NCBI RefSeq assembly: GCF_963921235.1
Contig: NC_086108.1
Location: 12,400,001-12,464,000, forward strand
Length of the DNA: 64,000 nt
Reading direction: 5' to 3'
DNA from: Mobula hypostoma
Lineage: Eukaryota
Shown here: positions 13,870-26,982 of the stretch, one piece after another
Layout: the number at the start of each line of letters is the position of its first letter
How positions within the stretch are numbered: position 1 is the stretch's first letter
Notes under the pieces: model-generated
What the model was told of the DNA's origin: nothing
The model's database searches: none
Seen by the model: only the letters and a program-made list of their open reading frames with translations
Program-made: the position numbers and the translations under genes

Positions 13870-15120
13870 AGATTACCTACAACAGGATCCAGATGCACTG
13901 GAGAAGTGGGCAAGGAATGGCAGATGGAATTTAACTGGGAGATGTGTGAAATGTTGCTCTTTTCAAAATTAAACCAGTGTATTGTTCTTGTGCAGTGTGT
14001 CGAAACTCTGACTAAACATCAAGTTAAACTGGAGCCAATGAAGACACAGTCGTTATAAGGTTAACCGTTTACTGTTCACTCTTCCACATACTTTATACTT
14101 CATTGCCGCCAAACAATTGATACTAGAACGTACAATCATCATAGCGATATTTAATTCTAAATATCAAAGTCATAGTGACATTAACATCGTATGGTGAAAA
14201 CTGTTGATAAAAAAATACAAACATATACAGCGTCTGTTTCATTCTGGAGACCACACGCACTCTCTTCTTTTAGCGAGTGTCTCCAGCCGCCCCAAGTAGC
14301 GGGCGAGGGGGTCGCGTCAAACCGCCATCGGGCCTGAGCCGACCCCGCGTTTGAAATTGAAAAACTGGTACGCGCACCGCCCCAACTGCCACTTCCTTAA
14401 CAGAAACAGCATTAATACTTTTACCTCAAATACATTCTTATGAACTTATGGCGTTGCTTCTATAATGTTTCTTTGTGGGTAGAAACAGAGCTCTTCACGA
14501 TTATGCTGCACGCACGGCACCCGCCTTCACACCTTCTCCGAACCAAGACACGGCGAAACTGGAGATGACGTCATCGCATGCCGTGATATACCATAGACAA
14601 TGAATTTATCTTTGTTATACTGTAACATAATTATCAACCTTTAACCTTAACTAGAAAATAGTTACAAACAAATCATTTAAAGCATAGACCCAACAAAGTC
14701 AAATAAGTGCCTTAAGGACAACACAACCAGGAAAGGTTTTACATAGTAAATACCAGTGCCCTGGGTAGTGTGGTAGAACAGAGAGACATGGGTTACATTT
14801 ACATAGTTCTCTGACAGCGGTGCTGCGGATAGACAAGGCAGTGAAGAAGGTATTTGATGTGCCTGCCTTCATTTATCAAAGCAATGAGTCCATGAGTTGA
14901 GAGGTCATGTTAGCATTGTACAAGACATTGTTGAGAGCACAGAGAAAATTCACAAGGATGTTATGGGGATGAGATGGCCTCAGATATAAGGTCATTCCAG
15001 AACATTTTTATGATACAGGTCACATGCAGGTTAATGAGAAAAGCTCAGATAGACATATTGGTTGGCATGGGCAACATTGTCCAAATTTGTTTCTGTGGTT
15101 TCCATCCTGTATGACTCTAA
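13870..15120 (+). mobile_element. CR1 fragment split by the 13978-14725 insertion
   Basis: WQMEFNWEMCEMLLF resumes after 14730 as CR1-like sequence. Confidence 0.7.
13978..14725. mobile_element. Probable solo LTR (or short TIR element)
   Basis: TGT...ACA ends with a 10/12 inverted match; 5-bp TSD ACCAG at 13973-13977 and 14726-14730. Confidence 0.7.
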
Positions 15121-15289
15121 CTCTGCACCATCTGTCTTCTTCACAGCCTGTTACTTCCAGTGATTCATGCACGAGATGCACAGATATCTTTGAACTTCAC
15201 TCATTTCAATCTCTATCCAAATGAAAATCTGTTTTAAGGATATTCTTACTAGAGCATCACCTCATACTTTCCCAACACAAAACTCCATT

Positions 15290-16088
15290 GGCAAGGACTT
15301 TGCCCAACCACTCAACCCATAGAAACTTGGCTGCACGGATTCAGAGTTGGCTTGCCTGCAGAAGCAAGAGGGTTCTTGTAGATGGAGCATTTTCTGCCAA
15401 AATGTCGGTGACTAGTGGTGTTCCGCAGCTCTGGTCTTTGTAATTGTTATGGATGACTTGGATTAGGAAGTTGGAGGATGGTTTAGTAAGAATGCAGATG
15501 ATATGAAAGTTGGTGGTGTTATGGTAGTGTAGAAGGTTGCTGTAGGTTACAGTGGGATATTCGTAGGATGCAGAGCTGGGCTGAGAAGTGGCAGATGGAG
15601 TTTAATCCAGAAGGATACACTATGGAAGGTCATGGTTAATGGCAGGATTCATAGCAATGTGGAGAAACATGGGAATCTTGGTGTCCATGTCCATAGATTT
15701 TTCAAAATTACTGTGCTAGTTGATAGACTGTTTAAGAAAGCGTTTGGCATGTTGGCCTTCATTAGTCAGCGTTTGAATTCAAGAGCTGTGAGATAATGTT
15801 GCAGCTCTATAAAATCCTGATTAGACCGTACTTGGAGCATTGTGTTTTGTTCTGCTTGCCTTATTAACAAAAGATTTGGAAAATTTAGAGAGGATGCAGA
15901 GGAGGTTTACCAAGACTTTTCCTGATTTAAAGAGTATGTCTTATGAGGCCAGGGTTGAGTGTGCTAGAGCTTTTCTCTTTAGAGAAAAGAAGGATGAGAG
16001 GCAACTTGGTAGAAGTGTTCAAGATGAGAAAAGGCATAGATAGAGTAAGCAGGCAGAAAAATGTTCTCAGGATGGAAATGGCTGATAC
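15290..16088 (+). mobile_element. Degenerate CR1 RT fragment
   Basis: TSGVPQ, ADDMKVGG, WQMEFN and LERMQRRFTK remnants. Confidence 0.85.
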
Positions 16089-16380
16089 TGTAGACTATAT
16101 AATATTTCAAGAATGTTTCAGTAATTTGTAAATATATTGCTTGATTTAGCATTCTTTGTTTGTTTACAGAATTCCTTATAGGTTACTAGTAAGAAGTATG
16201 TGAATAGCATATGTCGTTATGCCACTATGTCATATATGAGAGCCTCACTAACAAAAAAAGGAAAGTAAAAGCAAAGTAGATAACTATTCCATCTCCTGTG
16301 TTTTTCTTTTGATTAGTTTCTGGAGTTGCAAAATATAACAGTGGTGATGAGGAAGTTTTAAAATGAACCCTAGATAATTA

Positions 16381-16705
16381 GGTGGGAGCACCTAGGACGA
16401 GAGGGCACAGCCTCAGGGTAGAGGAGCGTCCTTTTAAAACAGAGACGTGGAGAAATTTCTTTAGCCAGAGGGTGATGAACTTGTGGAATTTGTTGCCACA
16501 TGCAGCTGTGGAGGCCAAGTCATTGGGTGTATTTAAGGCAGAGATTGATAGGTTCTTGATTGGACATAGCATCAAAGGATACAGGGAAAAAGTCCGGAAC
16601 TGGGGTTGAGAAGGAGATATAAAAAAGAATCAGCCATGATTGAATGGTGGAGCAGACTCAATGGGCCACGTGGCCTAATTCTGCTCCTATGTCTTATGGT
16701 CTTAT
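16381..16705 (+). mobile_element. CR1 3' end inserted in the Gypsy leader
   Basis: RTRGHSLRV..NFFSQRVMNLWNLLP; TATGGTCT tail. Confidence 0.9.
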
Positions 16706-17387
16706 TACCTATCTATGAAGCACAGCACCTTTTTCTTCAGAAGGGGAGAACGATGTTCATGTTTAAAAGAAAAGCAGAAAATTGACAAAATTAACATGCA
16801 ACGAGTGCAGTCATAGGTTCATAACCAGCATGTACCAGGTACCAGGTGATAATAATAATAAAGCAGAAATGGCTGGCTACATCAGATAGATTAATTTGCT
16901 TCTGATAACTGGATGTTATACATGTACACTAAATGAATTGAGCAATATGTTGAAGCTAATGAAATAGATAATAAAAAACAAGTCCCAGTGTTGCTGAGTG
17001 CAATGGGTCAAAAACCATACAGTTTGCTTAGAAGTTTAACTGCTCTCACCAAAGAAGCTGAAATGAGCTTTGCTGATATTGTAAACATAATGCAAGAACA
17101 TTTAGAATTGGAACTGTTGTTAATTGCATATCATTTTAAGTTTTAAAAGGAAAAGGAGTCCATTTCAGCTTACATCTCTAAATTGAAGAAATTGTCCAAG
17201 CATGGTCAGTTCAGAGGTGAGCTTAATGATGTACTGAGAGATTGTTCAGTTTGTGGAATCTTACAAGAAAGCATTTAAAAATAGCTCATAACTGAAGCAC
17301 AACTTACACTTAAAAGAGCAGTTGAAATTGCTGTTTCAATGGAAACTGCAGACAGATGCAATTGAGTTGTAATCAGGAACAAAAGTG

Positions 17388-20300
17388 TGTCATAGCGGGG
17401 GGCACTGGGAGCAGACCAAAATGCAAGGCACAGACACTGAAGTACTAGGAACAGGACTTGACTAGAGAGCTAGAACAAGAACACAGACTTGGGCTAAGAC
17501 ATTGGCTAGACAAACGTGACCAGGACAAGGAACTGGGAACTAGGAGCCTGGGCTTGGACTCCGAACCAGATACTGGAGAAGGGCCCAGAACCTGGGTCTT
17601 GACTCGGGCTCGGACCCCAGAACTAGGCGAGGACATGACGTGGCTACAGAACTGGACATGGCTTGAGTACTTCATGGCTTGGGTACTTTAAGGCGAGGAC
17701 ATGACAAAGCTTGAATTCTTCGAGGCGAGGACATGATAAGGCTTGGATTTGGACTCTGAGCCAGAGACTGGACAAAGACTCAGCACCTGGGTCTTGACTC
17801 GGACTCAGACTCCGGAACTAGGTGAAGACATGACGTGGTCTTGAGAGACAGAACTAGGTGAGGCTACAGGACAGAGCGAGAGACTCCTGGGCAGGATGAG
17901 GCACATGGACAGGACAAGGCAATGGACAGGACAAGAACACGAAGCCTCGACTTGGTACTCAGGAACAGCCGAGCCTAGGACTTGGGATGACAGGAACCTC
18001 AGAACCTTGGACTCGGGACGACAGGAACACAGAACACAGAGCCTTGGTCTTGGGGAGGACAGGAGCACAGAGCCTTGGTCTAGAGCACCGGAACACAGAG
18101 CCTTGGACTTGAGAGACAGAAATACAGGGGCATGGAACACAAAGCCAGGACCCTTCCTTGAGAACTGGACTTGGGGCCAGGGCTCTACACAGAATGCTGA
18201 ACACGATGAGAAGGTTCCCAACACTAGGTAGCAGCAAACAGCCGGACCTACCTAACGCAGGCATGGACACAGAGATGGTTCCCAACACTAGGTAGCAGCA
18301 AACGGCCAGACCTACCTAACGAAGGCATGGACACAGAGACAGTTCCAATTCAATGATAGACAGTTCCTTATCTTGACACAGCAAGGCTCCAGTCTCACTC
18401 CAGTGGAAGAACTTGACAAGGTTTCGGGCAGGGCCCCAGACACAAGTTGCAGGCAAGGCTCCAGAAGGAAGGGGAAGGGAAAGGAACAGTCCAGCCTCAG
18501 GGTAACAGCAAAGAGAGCCTGGCTTACCCAATGGAGGCAAGGACAGGATGGGACAGATCCAACCGCAGGGTAATGGTAAAGATGGCCTGACTTACCCCAC
18601 AGAGGTGAGGATGGAATACTGACGAGACAAACCAGCACCCACACTCGAACCCAGGGCCACTTATATTCCCAGCCCCAAGGCGAGCATCGGGTGCCTATGA
18701 TTAAGCCCAATTGAAACAATGGACAGCCGGAAGACCCGGAGTCCGGAGTCCGCAGACCGGACCATGAACCGGAACACGGACTTCACGGACCAGACCATGA
18801 CAGTAACACCCCCCCTCACCGCCACTTTGGGAGCCTCCAGGCAACTGAAGAGGCTCTCCAGGACTAAGGACGACTTGGGTGGCTGGGGGGGAGATACCAT
18901 TAGGAGGGAACCCAGGATGATGAGAGTTAGACGACAGTGTCTGCGTTGCTGCATTCATGTATGGCTGGTTCATTCTGTCATAAAGGGGGCGCTGGGAGTG
19001 GACCCAAATGCACGACACAGACACTGAAGTACCAGGAACAGGACTTGACTAGAGAGCTGGGACAAGAACACAGACTTGGGCTAGGACATTGACTAGGCAA
19101 GCAGGACCAGGAAAAGGAACTGGGAACTAGGAGCCTGGGCTTAGACTCTGAGCTGGATACTGGAGAAGGGCCCAGAACCTGGGTCTTGACTCAGGCTCGG
19201 ACCCTGGAACTAGGCGAGAACATGATGTGGCTACAGGACTGGACATGGCTTGGGTTCTTCATGGCTTAGGTTCTTCAAGGCGAGGACATGACGAGGCTTG
19301 GGTTCTTCGAGGCAAGAACATGATGAGGCTTGGGTTCGGACTCCAAGCCAGAGACTGGATAAGGACCCAGAACCTGGGTCTTGACTCAGGTTCAGACTCC
19401 GGAACTAGGCGACGACATGACGTGGTCTTGGGAGACAAGACTAGGCGAGGCTGCAGGACAGAATGAGAGACTCCTGGGCAGGATGAGGCACATGGACAGG
19501 ATGAGAACACGAAGCCTTGACTTGGTACTGAGGAACAGCCAAGCCTAGGACCTGGGATGACAGGAACTTCGGAACTATGGACTTGGGACAACAGGAATGT
19601 GGAACACAGAGCCTTGGTCCTGGGGAGGACAGGAACACAGAGCCTTGGTCTAGAGTATGGGAACACGGAGTCTTGGACTTGAGAGACAGGAACACAGGGA
19701 CATGGAACACAGAGCCGGAACCCCTCCTTGGGAACATAACTTAGGGCCAGGTCTCGTACACAGAACACAGAGCCAGGACCCCTCCTCGGGAACAGGGCTT
19801 GGGGCTGGGAGTCTACACAGAATGCTGAACATCACAGGACAGTTCTCAACACTAGGTAATGGCAAATGGCCAGACCTATCTAGCGCAGGTGTGGACACAG
19901 AGACGGTTCCCAACACTAGGTAGCGGCAAATGGCTGGACCTACCTAGTGAAGACGTGGACACAGAGACAGTTCCCAACACTAGGTAGCAGCAATCGGCCA
20001 GACCTACCTAGCGAAGGCGTGGACACAGAGACAGTTCCAACTCAACGATAGATAGTTCCTTATCTTGACACAGCAAGGCTTTGCTCTCACTCCAGTGGTA
20101 GAACTTGACAAGATTGCAGGCAAGGCTCCAGACACAGGTTGAAGGAAGGGGAAGGGAAGGGAACAGTCCAGCCTTAGGGTAATAGCAAAGACAGCCTGGC
20201 TTACCCAACAGAGGCAAGGACAGGAAGGGACAGATCCGACCACAGGGTAACGGCAAAGACAGCCTGGCTTACCCCACAGAGGCAAGGATGGGATACTGAT

Positions 20301-20446
20301 GCAGCAAACCATCAACCACACTCAAACCTGGGGCCATTCGTCTTCCCAGACCCAAGACGAGCATCGGGTGCCTATGATTAAGCCCAATTGAAACAAGGCA
20401 CAGCCAGAAGACCCAGATTTCAGAGCCCACAGACTGGACCATGACA
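17388..20446 (-). mobile_element. Non-autonomous LTR element with about 1.4-kb LTRs and a 173-bp interior, nested in gag
   Basis: LTRs 17388-18802 and 18976-20446, both TGTCAT...ATGACA. TSD AAGTG at 17383-17387 and 20447-20451. Polypurine tract GAGGGGGGGTG on the minus strand near 18806-18817. Confidence 0.9.
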
Positions 20447-20906
20447 AAGTGAGTGTGAACAAATTGCAGTATCTAAAGAGATAGCTGCCTGGCCAAGCAA
20501 ATTGTGTAACCATTGTGATAGGGGCTCACATACACCAGACCAAGTCAGACTTAAAGGCAAAACTTGCAGAAAATGCAACACAGTATTATACATACAAAGA
20601 GCATACTGGGCAGACAAAAATAAATGGACTACACAGGGAAGAGAAAAAGACGCAGCAAAAGTCAAGTTACATTTTCAGAAAGAACACTAATCTGCATGTT
20701 GTTGATGAAAACTCTGATAATGATGAGCAGGACACAGGACTATGTAGCCTTAAGATTTACATGGTGAAAATTAACAGTAGACAAGCAATATTGCTTATAC
20801 TAGAAGCCAACAGCAAATTAATTAAAATAGAATGAACACAGACTTGGCTGTTTCAGTCATTCCACAAAATGAGTTTGAATAGCATTTCGAGGATACTGCA
20901 GATATT

Positions 20907-21879
20907 GAGTGCGCATGCGCCGGTCGTGCATGCAGCCTGTTACAGCCGTTCCAATCAGTATTCTTACTTTTTTCTTCTTACTTTTTAACTTATGTTATGT
21001 TTTGTATTTTTTTTCACATTAACACGTCAAAGCTGCACCCTCTCTAACATGCTGGTAGAGAGAGTTTTATTTGGGTTTAGCGCTGGAAATAATTAAATTC
21101 CGACACCTCTCATTAGCAGGACAGAAGCATGGTCGCATTGTTTATTCCAGGGACCAGCTGCTTGTGCTTATGCCGGCCGGTTTAGCGGGCAGAGCGGCAG
21201 ACACCCCTGCTGAAATCTGGAGGAAAATACACAGAGGATGCAAAGGGGGATCATGAAGTCGAGGAAAGAGGACCGGGTCAAGACAACAGAGACTTATGGA
21301 GAAGAGGAGTTCGGTGGGTAATAAAATGGACGAGTTCACGGCGCTAGCCAGGTGTCAGAGAACATTTCGGGAGTGCAATGTCATGTGTTTCACTGGAACG
21401 GGGCTGCAGTGAACGGGGAAGACAAACCCCATCAAAACTTTTCCATGGACAGCTTCCAGACCGTTCGGGCTGACCGGAAGTGCACTAAGAGCGGTAAGCA
21501 TAAAGGAGTTGGGTGTTTACTGTTCTGGTTAACAACAGATGGTGCAATCCGGGTCATATTACGATCGAGAAACGTGTTTGTAGACTGGATATTGAACTTT
21601 TTACTGTTGGACTTAGGCCATATTCCACAGGGATACAACACTGGGTGGCACGGGAGGTCGTTCCTGCCTGCGGCCATCGAACTTGCAGCTCCTCCTGTGG
21701 AGGGTCAGACACCCTGAGCCAATAGACTGCTCCTGGACTTATTTTCCATCTGGCATAGTTTGCATTTTGTTGTTTGATTGTTTGTGGTTTTTGTATTGCT
21801 ATATTTATGCTCTATTCTTGGTTGGTGCAGCTGTAATGAAACCCAATTTCCCTCGGGATCAATAAAGTATATCTATCTA

Positions 21880-21910
<31 letters not shown>
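20907..21910 (+). mobile_element. Internally deleted non-LTR element (Rex/Babar-like) inserted after the Gypsy protease
   Basis: YSRDQLL leader motif, endonuclease-like remnant (VLVNNRWCNP), AATAAA plus (CTAT)n tail. Confidence 0.65.
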
Positions 21911-24277
21911 CCAACTAAGAACTTATACTGGAGAACAGACAACTCCTACAGAAATGACAATTGTAACAGTGAAAAAAAAACAACTAGCAAGCCACAATGG
22001 GTTTGTGTGTGGTAAAGACAGGAAGTTCAGCATTGTGGGGACTTGACTGGCTGAGTCAACTGCAACTCATCCATCATTTGTATGCCAAATCCCCTGCAGT
22101 AGTCAACTGAAAGCAAATTAAGAAGGGTACTGAATGACGCCATAGCAGTGTTCAAGGGTGATATTTGAAAACTCAAGCACGTCAATGGTAAACTTGTGTT
22201 AACTGAAAATGCCACAGCCAAGTTTGACAAGGCCCATCCGTTTCCTTATACCATCTGTGATAAAGTTACCAGTGAGCTAGAGCACATGGAGGCTGAAGGA
22301 ATTCTTTCCAAGGTTAAGTAAAGCCCATGAGTAACGCTAGTGGTCCCAGTAGCCAAGAAGAATAGGACTGTTAGGATCTCTGGTTATTTTAAGTTCACCA
22401 TGGACCCAGTACTAAAAGTAGATCAATATCTTTTCCCCAGGGTAGAGGATATCTTTGCAAACCTTTCTGGAGTGAAACACTTCAGAAAAGTGGACTTAGC
22501 TGAGGGCTACCTACAGATGGAGATGGAAGAAGAGTCTAAAGTGTTTCTCACTATAAACACTCACAAAAGGCTTTATCGCTATAACTGGCTTATTTTTGGA
22601 GAAGCCTCTGCACCTACACTCTGGCAGAAAGCTACAGACCAGGTGCTGCAAGGCTACACCGGCACCTAGTGTCACCTGGACGACTTCATTGTTACCAGTG
22701 AGAATAACAAGGAACATCTCCAAAATCTCAAGAAAGTGCTAAAAGCATTAGAAGATTATGGACTCCCAGCATAATGTGACCAGTGTGATTTCTTTAAACT
22801 GAGTATCACGTATTGTGGTCACACCATTGATGCGGAAGAATTACGCAAGGGTGCTGAGAAAATTCAAGCAGTGGCGGATACTCCTAAGCCAAGGGACATG
22901 TCACAATTCTGGTCCTTTTTAGGAAATGCCAATTTCTACAGCATCTTCCTGACAAATCTCGCTACTGTTCTTCCTTGAACTCAATACTAACAGACCGGGA
23001 ATAAATGGCAACGGACAAAGCAAGGTGAAGTGGCTTTCCAAAAGGTAAAGGAAATGATGACATTAGACACTGTATTCACACATTAGGCTACATAACATCT
23101 GGTGAAGTTTGCCTGTGATGCCTCACCTTACGGTGTAGGTGCAGTCATGTCACATATTCTGAGTGATGGAAGTGAATGCCCTGTAGCCTTTGCATCATGT
23201 TCCCTTACTGCTTGTCAGAGAGGCCTTGAGTCTGGTTTGGGGTATAGAGGTTTCAACCAGTACTTGTGTGAGAGAGAGTTTACCCTTATTACTGATCATC
23301 AGCTACTGATGTCCATTTTCAATCCACAGAAGGGTGTTCCACCAACTCCAGCAGCAGCACAAATGCAGAGACTGGCTGTTTCTTGGAGGACACAATTACA
23401 AGATTGAATTGAAGAGGACAGCTAATCACAGAAATGCTGATGGATTGTCCCAGTTACCCTTGGAAAAGGAAATACCTGAAAAATTTACAAAAGAGGACAA
23501 TGCTATTGAAGTATTCTCACTAATACAAATCAAAAGTCTCCCTATTATGGTAGAAATGATCCAAAGGTAAATCAGAAAAGGCCCCACACCGTCTCAGGTC
23601 TACATGGCCACCCAAAATGGCTAGAGTATGCAGCAGAATCTCCAACTCCCACATTTTTACCAGGGCTGGAACAAACTTGCCCTTGACAGGGGTTGCCTGA
23701 TGTGGGGGTTGAGAGTTGTGGTACCATCCAAGCTGAGAACTGAAGTGTTGGAGGAACTACATGCCGATCATCTGGGCTTGGTCAAAATGAAAGTCTCGGC
23801 TGAAAGATTTGTCTGGTGGCCCGGAATAGCTCAGCAGACTGAGCAGCTTGCCATGCACTGTACCCGATGCCAAGAGCAGTGACTCTGCATCCCTGGGAAT
23901 GGCCTGCACTGCCCTGGCACAAGGTTCCTGTGGATTTTTCCAGACCAGTCATGGGCACAAATTTCTTGGCGGTAGTGGATGCAGCTACAAAGTGACCAGG
24001 AGTATTCCCAATAGACTCCACTACAGCCTCGCACACTGTTGTGTTGAGAAGCCTCTTCTCAGGGACTGGTGGTTCAGTACACATATGTTTTTAAACATAT
24101 GTTTTATGGCCTATGTAGGCCATAAGCCGAGCGTTAATGGGAAATCGAAACCTGTCCCTCGGGAGACAGCATCAGAGCTCTGGATGACCTCAAGAATAAA
24201 ACAACAAGCCACCCAGGAGAGTCCACAAAAATCTGTCATACCCAAACAGAAATTATCAGGGGTCCTTCATACAGAGC

Positions 24278-24556
24278 AATAGAACACTACAGCACAAAAC
24301 AGGCCCTTCAGACTATCTAGTCTGTGCCAAAATGTTTTTCTTTCCAGTTCATCAACCTGCACCTGGACCATAGTCCTCCAGAGCCCTCCCATCCATCTAC
24401 CAATCCAATTTTCTCTTAAGTGTTGAAATCAAACAGCTTTTCCACACTCGCATCACCCTCTGAGTAAAGAATTTCTCTCTCATGCTCCCCTTAAACATTT
24501 CAGCTTCCACCTTAAATCATGACCTCAAGATTAATACTCTCCCAACCTCAGTGGAC
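24278..24556 (-). mobile_element. CR1 3' UTR fragment
   Basis: Reverse complement of the CR1 tail seen elsewhere in the window. Confidence 0.6.
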
Positions 24557-25734
24557 CTGTGACACCACTTTCAAGGTCGACAGTCAGACATTTCAGGAAG
24601 ACCTTTTAAAATCCTGAAGTGAAAAAGAGAGTAATTTCCTCTGGTCAAGGAGTCAGTGATAAAGATTTGTTAGCATTAAACCAGCAGTGAGAAGGGAGAC
24701 TGGGAGTAACCCTTTCACACTAAGGGTTATATGAACTCACAACGCTGCATGCAACACAGCCGGTATTTCAGAAACCTTTACATCTCTGCATCAATATTTA
24801 AGGCAGATCTATGAAATAAAAATTCAAAGCCAATGGCAATGTGGGCCAAGTGATCAGTTTTTTCCTGAGCGATAATGGATTGTAAAATACTTTTGCAAGC
24901 TGTTTCACCAGTTTAGCTCTGCAAAAGAACATGAATAAAGAGGGTTTAGTCATTGGCTACTGCTGGTGTATTATAGGCAGCTCTTCTTTAACACCTTGGC
25001 CAGGTTTTAAGACTACCCTCTACACTCCCGCCGTGGAGCACTGGATACCCAGACTCTGGAGTTAAACACTGGCCATGTTACTGATCAGTTGCAGTGCTGG
25101 TAGCTACCCCCTCACCTTCAGTGCTCACCCAGGGCTAAGCTCCCCAAGGACCGTCTCCATCACTGTTACCCTGGGTGGGGTATCACCAAGTGTTGGATCA
25201 CTGCAACTAGCAGTCATCTAAACCACCAAAGAATGAGAGCTTTACTCCACTGCCCAGCACACGTTGGTGATTGTGGCTTTAAAAGCAGACAGCTGTAGGT
25301 CAGTCAGATTCAAATTCAGAATCAGGTTTATTGTCACTGGCATATATCCTGAAATTTCCAGCTGTAGTACATTGCAATACATAATAATAAAAATCTGTAA
25401 TTCACAGTGAGTATATATATATTTAAAAAGTTAAATTTTTTATGACACACTAGCGTGGTGATTAGTACAATGCTTTACAGTACCAGCAGTCCGGGATCAA
25501 TTCCTGCCGCTGGCTATAAGAAGCTTGTACGTTCTCCCCGTGACCAAGTAGGCTTCCTCAGGGATCTCCAGTTTCCTCCCACAGTCCAAAAAGTTAACAG
25601 TTGGAAATTGAATTGAATTGACTTTATTACTTACATCCTTCATATACATGAGGAGTAAAAGTCTTTACGTTAGGTCTCCGTCTAAATGTGCAATTTATAA
25701 TATAATAAATAGCATGTACAAAAGGACAGTCAAT

Positions 25735-26070
25735 ATAACAGTGCCTCAAAAAGGCAGTATCCATTATTAAAGACCCCCATCACCCAGGACATGTCCTCTT
25801 CTCATTGCTAAAGATCAAGGGGGAAGGTACAGGAGTCTGAAGCCACACACTCGATGCTTTAGGAACAGTTTCTTTCCTTCTGTCATGGGCAATGAATCCA
25901 TGAACATGACCTCAATATTTTTGCTCTTCTTGCACTATTTATCTGATTTATTTTTTATGCAGTTTATAGTTTTTATTGGGTATTATTATGTATTGCAATG
26001 CACTGCTGCTGCAAAACAACAAATCTCATGACAGATGCCAATTATATTAAACCTGATTCTGATTCTGAGT
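25735..26070 (+). mobile_element. Rex1/Babar 3' fragment
   Basis: SIIKDPHHPGHVLFSLL motif; (ATTCTG)n tail. Confidence 0.7.
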
Positions 26071-26409
26071 CTGATCACTAGTATCTCTCGAGATAAATCC
26101 CTTCAACTACCTTACCAGCTCCTGGAACTGCCTTGCCCAACAGCATTATGGACGCAACTTCACCAAAGGACAACAGTTGTTCCAGGAGATGAGTCAACCC
26201 ACCTTCACAAGGGAAGATAGGAAGGGTTGGTCGCAGGTCAATTCATCACCGAAGGAGATTTTCTCTGCCTCTTTGACGTCAAGCAGACAGGAGGTAGCAA
26301 AATCCCTTATCCTACCATCCTGCTAACAGTAACTCTTGGAAACCTCTTTAATTTTAGAAATAGGTTGCTTAACTTTGTTACAAGTTTGCTGAACACTTAC
26401 ACTCCCTCC

Positions 26410-26980
26410 ATTAGAAAAAGTGGGACCTCCTGGTGGCCAACCATTTCAATTCTATTTCCCATTCCCATTCTGACTCTATAGCCTTCCCTACTGCCATGAT
26501 GAGGCCACACTTAGGAAGGAGGATTAACACCTTATATTCTGCCTGAGTAGCCTCCAACCTGATGGTACGAACATTGATTTCTCGAAATTCATTAATTGCC
26601 CAACCCCACTCCCTTCAGCATTCCCCATTCCTGTTTCCCTCTCTCATCTTATCTGCTTACCTGCCCATCACCTCCCTCTGGTGCTCCTCTCCTCTTCCAA
26701 CATCCATGGCCTTCTGTCTTCTCCTATCAGGTTCCCCCTTCTCCAGCTCTTTATCTCTTTCACCAATCAACTTCCCAGCTCTTTACTTCATCCCCTACCC
26801 CTCTCCCAATTTCACCTATCACCTCCCACTTGTACTTCTTCCTTCCCTTCCCCCAACTTCTTACTCTGACTTCTCATCTTCCTTTCCAGTCCTGAAGAAG
26901 GGTCTCGGCCCAAAACATCAACTGTTTTCTCTTTTCCATAGATGCTGCCTGGCCTGCTGAGTTCCTCCAGCAAGTATTGT
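26410..26980 (+). mobile_element. Penelope-like element 3' part
   Basis: HLIFCLSSLQPDGTNIDF remnant; pseudo-LTR with a decayed hammerhead at 26887-26924. Confidence 0.8.
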
Positions 26981-26982
26981 GA

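Larger units (their letters stand above)
16089..24270 (+). mobile_element. Decayed Gypsy (Mag-like) LTR retrotransposon: 5' LTR, PBS, gag, PR, RT, RNase H, integrase; 3' LTR not seen
   Basis: LTR 16089-16340 (TG..CA). PBS TGGTGATGAGGA at 16342-16353 looks like CpG-decayed TGGCGACGAGGA (tRNA-Ser). gag from about 16869, Zn knuckle about 20500, RT 22340-22850 (VDQY..PRVEDIFANLSG, HLDD), RNase H (ACDASPYGVGAV), integrase (LEELHADHLG..WWPG). Confidence 0.9.

Noticed and set aside
17445..20321. Many overlapping ORFs of 70-170 aa
   Set aside because: They fall within repeat-rich LTRs, have no recognisable domain, and are not preserved between the two LTR copies.
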